From: Nitrosopumilus sp. | GTDB taxonomy: Archaea; Thermoproteota; Nitrososphaeria; Nitrososphaerales; Nitrosopumilaceae | NCBI GenBank assembly: GCA_965205425.1 | Contig: CBDBGZ010000004.1 | Coordinates: forward strand, 128,001-192,000 | DNA: 64,000 bases | Direction of reading: 5' to 3' | Part shown: positions 33,401 to 43,009 of the stretch, in pieces | Position numbering within the stretch: the first letter of the stretch is position 1 | How the letters are laid out: each line of letters starts with the position of its first letter | Program-made: the position numbers and the translations under genes | The notes under the pieces: generated by a model | Told to the model about the DNA's origin: nothing | Database searches by the model: none | Seen by the model: only the letters and a program-made list of their open reading frames with translations

Positions 33401-34018
33401 ATGAAAGAGGAGATTTCAAAAGTGCTAAAAGAATTAGAAACTCAATCTAGTCTTGAAAAAGCAAGAAAAGTTGAAGTTGCCCCACAAGACAGAATGCTTG
33501 CAATTACTAAAGAAACAGGGGAATTCTTAAACATGATTTTGCGCCTAAAAAATGCCAAAAATATGCTTGAAGTTGGAACATCTACAGGATATTCAACAAT
33601 TTGGTGTGCAGAAGCCATTACTGAAAAATCAGGCAAAATCATTACAATTGAAAAAAATCCAAGCAAGATCAAAAGAGCTAATGTAAATTTTCAAAAATCT
33701 GGACTTTTAGAATCAATTATGATTAAAGAGGGGGAGGCAATCAAGATACTAGAAGAACTTAACACACACGAAAAAAATAAGAATTTTTTTGATCTAGTTT
33801 TAATTGATGCAGATAAAGAAAACATAATTGAATATTTTGACTTGATTCTACCCATGGTATCTTTAGGAGGGCTAATAATTACAGACAATATGATCTATCC
33901 TGAAAAATACAGACAGGAAATGAAGAAATTTTCAAACTATGTAAAAACAAATCCAAATTTAAGAACAATTACATCAACCATTGGGAACGGGGAGGAAATT
34001 ACAATTAAAATAAAATAG
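33401..34018 (+). CDS. SAM-dependent O-methyltransferase
   Basis: LEVGTSTGYS, IDADK and ITDN motifs. Confidence 0.88.
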   Translation: MKEEISKVLKELETQSSLEKARKVEVAPQDRMLAITKETGEFLNMILRLKNAKNMLEVGTSTGYSTIWCAEAITEKSGKIITIEKNPSKIKRANVNFQKSGLLESIMIKEGEAIKILEELNTHEKNKNFFDLVLIDADKENIIEYFDLILPMVSLGGLIITDNMIYPEKYRQEMKKFSNYVKTNPNLRTITSTIGNGEEITIKIK

Positions 34019-34021
34019 TTA

Positions 34022-34930
34022 GGTGATTGTAAACCTATTGCCCCCAAACTAATTTTATGTAATTATTGGAAAAAACTATCAATATCATTGAGCTATCCAA
34101 AATAGTTTCAGATAAATCAACATCATTAAAATTTCTGTGTAAAAGATTCAACAGTACAAGTTCTGTATGTTGTCCCAAGTGTGATTCTCCAAAATATTAT
34201 CTGATGAGCAGAGGGAATTTGAGATGCAGTAAATGTAAGACAAACTACAAACCATTCTCAGATACACAGTTTGGCATCATCAATATTGATTATCCAAAAT
34301 GGTTGGTTCTAATCAAACTATTTGATCTTGGGATTAGTGCAAGACGTGCAGCAAAAGAAGTTGGTGTTAGTTATCCTACCGCACTGCATTCTTTTGACAT
34401 CATGAGATTCTCAATACTTGAAGAACAATCCAAAACAGATGATGTTCTAAAGGGTCAGATTGAGGCTGACGAGGTACTATTTTGGAGGAAAAAGAAAGGG
34501 AAATCGTGGCAGAGGATCTAAAAACAAAACTATTGTATTTAGAATTTTAGAGAGAAATGGAAAAGTTCATGTTGAGATTGTAAAGAACGTAAAGGCCAAG
34601 ACACTTCTTACAAGTACTATCAAGAAAGTAAAGAAAGGAAGCATTGTGTATACGGACAAGTGGAGAGGATACAATTCGCTAGTTTTCAATGGCTACAAGC
34701 ATCTCTCAATAGACCACAGCAAGATGTTTGGCAAAGATGATGTGTACATAAATGGAATCGAAGGGTTTTGGAGTTTTGCAAAAGAGAACATGGCAAAGCA
34801 TCATGGTGTCAGTCCAGGTAAATTCTTGTTGTACATCAAAGAGATGGAATGGAGATACAACAACAGAGATGGAAGATACTTTCTCATTATTGCTTGATTA
34901 TATGTTGGTGGTGAATAATTGATAATCACC
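34022..34930 (+). mobile_element. IS1595-family element, frameshifted transposase
   Basis: TIRs GGTGATT...AATCACC; ORFs 34066-34521 and 34460-34897. Confidence 0.85.
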
Positions 34931-34946
34931 TTAATTTAATTAATCA

Positions 34947-35705
34947 ATGACAACAAAACTAGCAATTTCATCTATCTTTGCAATTCTGTTTGTTGGGATT
35001 ATAATTCCTATCTTTGCAGACCAAATGAATAACCCTGATGATGATGTAGCCCCGGCACCTCCAAGTATTGGAGCTGACATTCCCTTAACCTACTTTGGTC
35101 CAGCACCAAGTGATGTACAAAAGGAATTGATTGGTCCATACCAGTTACTAAAATCTGGTCAGATTGATCTTGATGAGGCAACAATCACTTTACCATTGTA
35201 TAAGGGTCTGGTTCGTGATGGCTTTGATAAATACAAAACTGTCTGGTATATCTTAACTGATACAACTGACAAAGGAAATGCAGAAGCTTTAGGGTTGAAT
35301 CATTCACCCAAGCTAAAGTATTCTGAAATATCACAATCAATAAGATATGCAAAAATAAATGAAAACGCAGAACTTGTGTTTACTAGAGGCATGGTTGATT
35401 TCTCACCTGAACGAATCGTATCTCCTGGTATTGATTCACCATTCCCTCCAGAAATCTTTCAGCCAGGATCTGTAGGTGATGAGCATTATTCACCGTTGGT
35501 ACTGGTAACTAACGCAGGACGGGAAATATACAATGCACCAATGATCGCAGCAGGTGATGGATTCTCATACTGTGATGGAACGCCTGATTATTCAAAAGTA
35601 CATGATAAGGTAGTGGCGTTTTGTCCTGAAGAGGGAACAGTTACCATAAAACTAACACCTGGGTTTAGCTTTGCAAGACCCGTGCTGTATATCAGCACTG
35701 AGAGC
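34947..35705 (+). pseudogene. 5' part of a secreted-protein gene cut by ISH3 (3' part at 41062-41489, minus strand)
   Basis: Signal peptide; ends at AGAGC TSD; frame rejoins at 41484. Confidence 0.85.
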
Positions 35706-37024
35706 CAGTAGATAGGAAAGTGCTCAATTCGGATCAAAAAATAACGATCATTTTCTCAAATTATTCAGATAGAAAAAGCTTGATGAAAGTATGTCACTCC
35801 ATCAAATATGCATTGTACTTCATTTGATACCATGACACACCAAGGCGTGATACTATCTAAAGCATTTGAGATTATCACTAAAATAATGTACAATATCTTA
35901 TTGTTTCCATGCTCTAGTAAAAATAACTCACGGTTCCACAATGCAGACGCACATAATTCTATCATGTCATTGTGTTTGGGAAATTCATATTCTGAATCTG
36001 GATTAAAGAGACTGGCAATGGAATCAGATAATGCTTCTCCAACTGGTTTCATGGTTGAGAAAAATCATATCAAAAATATCACAAAAAACAATGCAAATTC
36101 AATTACATCGTTCACTGGATAGTACCATATCAAAATTACAAGAATTGGGAGTATTGGAACAACCAGTTACTGTAGCAATTGACAAACATCTAATCCCAAG
36201 ATATGACAAATTGCCAAACCATTCTTTAATAAAATCAAAATCTAAAAACAGTACTACTCATTTTGAGAGTTACTGCACCATGCAGTGCGTTGAAAAAAGA
36301 ATCAGGGCTCAATTAGGTTGTTATCCTTTGTATGACAACATATCAAATGCCGATTTTGTGCGTAAATTACTCTCTGATGGCATCAATAATGGAATCAAGA
36401 TTAAACTATTGCTAGTGGATAGGGAGTTTTTCACAGCTGGAACAATTTCAGAAATAAAACAAAGGAATTTAAAATTTCTAATGCCTGCAAAAAAGAATTC
36501 TCGAATCAAAGATGCAATTGTACAATACGTTAATGGAGATAGAAAGTCAATCTCGCCATACACAATAAAATCATCATCAGGACATGTAGAATCATTTAAT
36601 CTAGTTATTCTGCCAAACAAAAATGCAAGAAAAAAATCAGATATTATTGATCAGTATGTTGTGTTTGCAACAAACGTTTCACCAAAAGAAATATCATATA
36701 ACATACAAAACATTCCAACTGATTACAAGAAACGTTGGGGAATTGAAACAGGCTATGCATGTGTGGGAAGGTTCAGACCAAAAACCACCAGTTCAAACCA
36801 ATCCATAAGATTGTTGTATTTTTACTATTCATTGATTTTGTACAATGCATGGATAATTGCTAATTTGATTATCTCAGAAGAAACTAATGTAAAAAATTAC
36901 AAACCAATAATATCAATTGAAATTCTCAAATATTTCTTTGTAAAGATAATTATTCATTACTTTAGAAATAACAAAAATAATTATTTTCTAGAATGTGTAA
37001 TTTGATGTACTTTCCCATCTACTG
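35706..37024 (+). mobile_element. ISH3-family element copy 1, frameshifted transposase
   Basis: TIR CAGTAGAT(A/G)GGAAAGT; AID, DREF and YKKRWGIETGY motifs. Confidence 0.85.
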
Positions 37025-37208
37025 AATTAAAGATCGATCTTAAGATCGAAACATAATTTCTTATTGTTGTAAATTCAGATGTAAAATAGTGATTAGATCA
37101 CCAAAATGCACCAGCAGGGTCTAAAGTATAATTTCTATGGAAAATTATTCGTGTCCAAACCATACAATTTAAAAAAATGCAATTTGAAGAAGATCCATAT
37201 TTCATGAT

Positions 37209-37688
37209 GTGTGTGCTAGATCACTAGAATGCACCAGAACCGCAGTAGATGTGAAATCTAAACAGATCACAGGGATTGATATTACAGATGACAAGTCACA
37301 TGATTCAAAACATTTCATATCGCTAGTTGAGCAATCAAAACAGTTTGGCAATGTCACTAAAACTTTGGCTGATGGTGCATATGATACAAAGGATAATTTT
37401 TCATATCTGTATTATGATAATGATATTCTACCTGCAATTAAAACAAGAAAAAACTCATCAGTTGTAACTGATTGTTATCCTCGGAGAAAGTCCGTTTTGG
37501 CACAATTGTATAACTTGGATCTATGGAAGCTCAGCGTAAGCTATGGGGATAGATGGATTGTAGAGGGAGTATTCTCTGTATTCAAAAGAATATTTGGAGA
37601 GCATGTGACATCGCACAAGAGAGAAAACATGATTCATGAATTGAAAATGAAAGTTTGTCTGTACAATAAAATGATTGCAATGCAATAG
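37209..37688 (+). pseudogene. IS5-family transposase C-terminal relic
   Basis: LADGAYD and RWIVEGVFSVFKR motifs. Confidence 0.75.
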
Positions 37689-37768
37689 AATCAGAAATGA
37701 TTTCAAAGCATCAAAGAGTGTTGATGGTTATTTGGGGTTGGGAAACAAAGTAATTATTTTGATAATAG

Positions 37769-37811
37769 AAAAAAGAGATTAGCGCGTTGGCCTAACCTAC
37801 CTAAGAACTAA
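37769..37811 (-). ncRNA. Putative antisense RNA to tRNA-like gene 1
   Basis: 16-nt complement of the anticodon arm, then a 7-bp stem (G-U on the minus strand) and a U6 tract. Confidence 0.55.
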
Positions 37812-37845
37812 CATTATTAGTTTAGTGTTTTTTAATATACTTTGT

Positions 37846-37916
37846 GGGCCTGTAGCGTGACGGTCACGTACCTACCTAAGAACTAGGAGATTTGGGTTCA
37901 ACTCCCAACAGATCCA
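37846..37916 (+). tRNA. Non-canonical tRNA-like gene 1: Ala-identity acceptor, anticodon AAG
   Basis: Cloverleaf GGGCCTG/CAGATCC-A, T-arm TTGGG-TTCAACT-CCCAA, loop CT-AAG-AA, C31:C39 mismatch. Confidence 0.75.
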
Positions 37917-37979
37917 CGACTTTTAATTATGATTTATGTCAGGTAATTACTTTCCCAAGTACTGATGTTATTAGAATAG

Positions 37980-38021
37980 AAAAAGAGATTAGCGCGCTGG
38001 CCTAACCTACGTGAAACCTAA
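37980..38021 (-). ncRNA. Putative antisense RNA to tRNA-like gene 2
   Basis: Same scaffold as copy 1; the 16-nt segment co-varies with tRNA 2. Confidence 0.55.
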
Positions 38022-38054
38022 CGTTATTAGTTCAGATTTTATAATAAACTTTGT

Positions 38055-38125
38055 GGGCCTGTAGCGTGACGGTCACGCACCTACGTGAAACCTAGGAGAT
38101 TTGGGTTCAACTCCCAACAGGTCCA
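38055..38125 (+). tRNA. Non-canonical tRNA-like gene 2: Ala-identity acceptor, anticodon GAA
   Basis: Cloverleaf GGGCCTG/CAGGTCC-A with G3:U70, loop GT-GAA-AC. Confidence 0.78.
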
Positions 38126-38133
38126 CACTATAA

Positions 38134-38301
38134 TTAAGGTAAAAATGGTTTATGTTTTGCAGGAAATGCATCTCGTTTTTCTAGAAATACTCGTTCTTTT
38201 TGTGAATACCTACATCTCACATTATTGGTTGGAATTAGACGTGAACCCATACGAATCATGATGAATTGTTTTTGTGGGTTTGAAGCTGTGAGTTTTACCA
38301 T
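38134..38301 (-). CDS. Small basic hypothetical protein (55 aa)
   Basis: Manual translation MVKLTASNPQKQFIMIRMG...KHKPFLP*. Confidence 0.4.
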   Translation of the reverse strand: MVKLTASNPQKQFIMIRMGSRLIPTNNVRCRYSQKERVFLEKRDAFPAKHKPFLP

Positions 38302-38429
38302 TATTGTTGCAAAATTCTTCTCTGATCTAACTATTCGATATATCTAGGCACGACCTAAACACACACAGAGTCTCCATTATTGCTTGAAAATTCTTCTCTG
38401 ATCTAAATTATTCGGTTTAATCTAGGCGT

Positions 38430-38481
38430 TATCTTTTGTTCTGATTATCCATGATACTTTGACTGGATCTAGTTTCCGCAT
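38430..38481 (-). pseudogene. IS481 transposase N-terminal relic
   Basis: MRKLDPVKVSWIIRTKD resembles MQKLDPIQISWIIKSKED of type B. Confidence 0.6.
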
Positions 38482-38612
38482 ATCCTATGATTCTTACCTC
38501 TGTTCCATACGTATCGTGATTTTAGTCTAGAAATGGAGATGAAAACATAAATGAATCAGACTGTATGTAAAATTATGCAAAAAGTGGTACTAAAAACAAG
38601 GGTCCATTCCAG

Positions 38613-40109
38613 ATGATATCTGACAAGACAGTAATTTTTTGTGTCTTGATAATATCAATAGCAGTTGGTCTACAGCCTTTTGAGGATTTTTTTGACCAGT
38701 TAGCAGAAAATATTTTTTATAATTCTACAACTGATATTGGTTTGGAGTTTATTGCAAAACAAGACAATTTACGCAGTGAATTATTTGATAACATAAATAA
38801 TAATGATTATTTTTATGAAAAAATAAAACATACAGATGTATACAAAGCATTTATTGAGAAATACCCTCATTCAACTTTAACACTAAAGCATGCTGATAAT
38901 GATCTTTTAGAATTTGTTTTATACCATGTATACTCTAATGAACCACTTTCAGTTATTATGATAACCTTTGAGGTATCATTAGAGGAAGGTTTCATAAATA
39001 CTAGCTATGACTGCATCGGTGATAACAGTGCTAATATTTACTATAAAATGCCTACATTGTTTTGGATAAACTCTGATCGTTGTCTTCATACTATGAATAA
39101 TAAAATTACTTCATACCATAATGATATGCCAATATTTAATGATCATCATACAATGTTTTTCATCAATGATACTTTTGATGGTGATCTTGAGGGGTGGAAA
39201 TTTTGGTCAGGATTCCCAAAATATACCTTGGAAATAGATTCAAAAGCGGTACACCTTAGTGGAGATAATTTTGTAACCCATATAGGTTTGGAAAAAAATG
39301 TGAATGTATCTAACCTAACTAACAAAGAATTAATCTTATCATTTGATTATAGAGTAAAATCAGATACTTCAGATAGTACAGTCACCAATTCGAAACTCAT
39401 AATTTATGATTCAGATTACAATGAATTATTTAAAGAAAGTCTTGTATCAGGAGGAATAAAGGATACTGGTTGGCAAACATACCAAAAAAATATTTCAAAA
39501 TTCATCACAGGAGAAACACAAATCAAAATTGTTCTAAGTTTACAGGATAATTGGATATATAATCATAATCAACATGCTTGGTTCGATAATATTTACCTTA
39601 TACAAGATAATTCAAAAGAGATAATTTTTGATACGTTTGATGGTGATCTTGAGGGATGGTCTCTATGGACTGGTAAAATAGGTTATGAATTAATCCATGA
39701 TTCTCAAGCTGCAATGATTAGTGGAAATAGAGTATCATCTGTTAATGGCATACAAAAAACTGTAGATATCTCAGAATTAAAGAATAATTCTCTTACGTTA
39801 TCTTTTGATTATAGAGCAACTTCAAATTCTGCTAAAATTGATGTAACAAATGTTCTAGTTTCTATCTACGATGCAGAATCATACAAGCTGCTTTTTGAAC
39901 ATTATTTTATAAGTGGGGGAACAAAGGATACTGGTTGGCAAAAATATGAAAGAAATATTTATGAACATGTTAGGAACTCAGATAAAATTATTATCGCCTT
40001 ATCTAGTATAGATAATTCATCTGAAGATTCTAAACATAAGAACTGGTATGATAATATACAATTATCAGATAAAATTAGCATGGATCTAGATACTATCACA
40101 TATGAGTGA
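38613..40109 (+). CDS. Membrane-anchored/exported protein with two tandem ~150-aa beta-sandwich-like repeats
   Basis: Duplicated DTFDGDLEGW...LSFDYR...GG.KDTGWQ...W.DNI. Confidence 0.75.
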   Translation: MISDKTVIFCVLIISIAVGLQPFEDFFDQLAENIFYNSTTDIGLEFIAKQDNLRSELFDNINNNDYFYEKIKHTDVYKAFIEKYPHSTLTLKHADNDLLEFVLYHVYSNEPLSVIMITFEVSLEEGFINTSYDCIGDNSANIYYKMPTLFWINSDRCLHTMNNKITSYHNDMPIFNDHHTMFFINDTFDGDLEGWKFWSGFPKYTLEIDSKAVHLSGDNFVTHIGLEKNVNVSNLTNKELILSFDYRVKSDTSDSTVTNSKLIIYDSDYNELFKESLVSGGIKDTGWQTYQKNISKFITGETQIKIVLSLQDNWIYNHNQHAWFDNIYLIQDNSKEIIFDTFDGDLEGWSLWTGKIGYELIHDSQAAMISGNRVSSVNGIQKTVDISELKNNSLTLSFDYRATSNSAKIDVTNVLVSIYDAESYKLLFEHYFISGGTKDTGWQKYERNIYEHVRNSDKIIIALSSIDNSSEDSKHKNWYDNIQLSDKISMDLDTITYE

Positions 40110-40175
40110 AATCTTGATGATTTCTAGAAAGTCCAATCCACGTAATACTTGTAAAATCTAAATTATGCTTGCAAC

Positions 40176-40640
40176 TTATCCTAAAACACTCCAATACATC
40201 AAAATTGATGCAAGGTAAACAAATCCCAGACAAGTCTCATAGTTCTTCTCATATCTGATTGCAGTCCTATGAAATCCACACTTGAGCCATGCAAAGAATC
40301 TTTCAACAACAAATCTTGTTTTGTTGTAATTGTTTTTTAGATTTTTTGCTATGATGTATTTGAAATTACTCCTGTATGGAATATAACAATCCATTCTATG
40401 ACATCTGAGATAATATCTAATGTATTTTGCATCATACCCTTTGTCTGTATATGCTGACACTATTTCTTGTATGGAACCATCATCCAAATATTCTGAGATA
40501 TTTTCTAACACATCAATGAATTTAGTATTATCGTGTTGATTTGCAGAACTGGTTCTAATTGAGATTGGCAGTCCATTTGATTCTACAGCAACATGTATTT
40601 TTGTGCCTAAAATCTTCTTGAATCCATCACATCCTATTTC
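40176..40640 (-). pseudogene. IS5-family transposase relic
   Basis: DKGYD, RFVVERFFAWLK and RYEK motifs. Confidence 0.75.
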
Positions 40641-40673
40641 ATCTCTCTCCCCTCCCCCCAGCCTGTTCAGCTC

Positions 40674-40904
40674 TCATTTGTTGAATTGGCTGGTTTTGCA
40701 GAATCTTTGCAAAATTTCTGCAGGTCCTGAATCAATTAACATCACATTAAGGGATGTCTCAGGTGTCTGTACTAGATGGCCAAAACACCATACCTTTGCA
40801 ATGACTGCCGTATGAACCGCCTGTCCGTCCGTCATCTGTATCGTACATTGCAGTACTTCCAACAGGCATTGTTTTTGTATGCTAAGTTTGCACGCAACAG
40901 CCAA
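40674..40904 (-). pseudogene. Degenerate thermonuclease (SNase) relic
   Basis: AKVWCFGH...TSLNVMLIDSG matches 52690-53009; frameshifted. Confidence 0.65.
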
Positions 40905-41061
40905 GTGTCGTATAATTTGAGATGATGATTATAATATACGAAAATTTAATTCGGGCATTTCCATCTGTTTATGGTTATTCTCTGTTCCAACTGACGGTGC
41001 ATTGCCAAAAATATTGTCTTGATTTTTTTGGAGATATTTTGCTAAAAAAAGAAAAGAGTGT

Positions 41062-41489
41062 TTATAAAAATCTAAACACAATTGGACAGTTAACTATTAT
41101 ACCTGTACTGCCAAACTCTCCACCATCAGGACCTGTAATCCATCCTTGCTCTACAAGGCCTAATATTTGGAATTCCTCAGTAACCCTAGAGTCATAGTGT
41201 TTTTCTAGTGCCTCATCCGTCCAAAATCCTAGATTAACATCCCAAAGCGGTGAGTAATCAGTAGCTATAGTTGGTATTCCACCTAACACGTTTAGTGGAG
41301 ATCTATGATCAACAATTGCTGAATTTAATCCCTGTCTTTGTGGATTTTTATCACCTGTTGGACCATTAGCCATTACAAAGATTCTCTCAACTGCCGAGAA
41401 TGCGGAATCATCACCACCTATTGGGATTTTTCCTAGAGACGGTGTTAGTGTTGCACCTTCAAGTGTTGCATCTAATGGATGATTGCTCT
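41062..41489 (-). pseudogene. 3' part of the gene starting at 34947
   Basis: Begins with the reverse complement of the AGAGC TSD; continues NHPLDATLEG...NCPIVFRFL*. Confidence 0.85.
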
Positions 41490-42809
41490 CAGTAGATGGG
41501 AAAGTAACTCAAGTTACACATTCTAGAAAATAATTATTTTTGTTATTTCTAAAGTAATGAATAATTATCTTTACAAAGAAATATTTGAGAATTTCAATTG
41601 ATATTATTGGTTTGTGATTTTGTACATTAGTTTCTTCTGAGATAATCAAATTAGCAATTATCCATGCATTGTACAAAATCAAGGAATAGTAAAAATACAA
41701 CAATCTTATGGATTGGTTTGAACTGGTGGTTTTTGGTCTGAACCTTCCCACACATGCATAACCTGTTTCAATCCCCCAACGTTTCTTGTAATCAGTTGGA
41801 ATGTCCTGTATATTTTCAGATATTTCTTTTGGTGAAACGTTTGTTGCAAACACAGCATACTGATCAATAATATCTGATTTTTTTCTTGCATTTTTGTTTG
41901 GTAGAATAACTAGATTAAATGATTCTACATGTCCTGATGATGATTTTATTGTGTATGGCGAGATTGACTTTCTATCTCCATTAACGTATTGTAAAATGGC
42001 ATCTTTGATTCGAGAATTCTTTTTTGCAGGCATTAGAAATTTTAAATTCCTTTGTTTTATTTCTGAAATTGTTCCAGCTGTGAAAAACTCCCTATCCACT
42101 AGCAATAGTTTAATCTTGATTCCATTATTGATGCCATCAGAGAGTAATTTACGCACAAAATCGGCATTTGATATGTTGTCATACAAAGGATAACAACCTA
42201 ATTGAGCCCTGATTCTTTTTTCAACGCACTGCATGGTGCAGTAACTCTCAAAATGAGTAGTACTGTTTTTAGATTTTGATTTTATTAAAGAATGATTTGG
42301 CAATTTGTCATATCTTGGGATTAGATGTTTGTCAATTGCTACAGTAACTGGTTGTTCCAATACTCCCAATTCTTGTAATTTTGATATGGTACTATCCAGT
42401 GAACGATGTAATTGAATTTGCATTGTTTTTTGTGATATTTTTGATATGATTTTTCTCAACCATGAAACCAGTTGGAGAAGCATTATCTGATTCCATTGCC
42501 AGTCTCTTTAATCCAGATTCAGAATATGAATTTCCCAAACACAATGACATGATAGAATTATGTGCGTCTGCATTGTGGAACCGTGAGTTATTTTTACTAG
42601 AGCATGGAAACAATAAGATATTGTACATTATTTTAGTGATAATCTCAAATGCTTTAGATAGTATCACGCCTTGGTGTGTCATGGTATCAAATGAAGTACA
42701 ATGCATATTTGATGGAGTGACATACTTTCATCAAGCTTTTTCTATCTGAATAGATTGATTGAATAATTGATAGTTTTTGATCTAAATTGAGTTACTTTCC
42801 CATCTACTG
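41490..42809 (-). mobile_element. ISH3-family element copy 2 (inverted)
   Basis: 23-bp perfect TIR CAGTAGATGGGAAAGTAACTCAA; same frameshift as copy 1. Confidence 0.85.
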
Positions 42810-43009
42810 AAAAACCCAAAATTCTTCTCATAAATCACAGTACCGTAATTTACGGTATTGTTTGTTAAAAATGGATCGTTATGATCGCATATTGTGATCA
42901 TTTCAATCCATAATGATCATCATCATTACTTGACCAGATATCACGAAAGGATAACTGTGGACAAGATTACATTATTGTAGAAAAGTGATTTTGCCCAAAA
43001 TGAAATGAT

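Noticed and set aside
37846..38125. Ordinary tRNA-Leu/tRNA-Phe, split tRNA, or attL/attR
   Set aside because: There is no long variable arm for Leu, the two share one Ala-type body, both cloverleaves are complete, and the duplicated part is the anticodon arm placed upstream rather than a 3' end.
37764..38126. CRISPR or TIGR-type guide array
   Set aside because: Only two units, the variable segment is duplicated within each unit and sits in a tRNA anticodon loop, and no Cas or Nop-domain gene is recognisable nearby.
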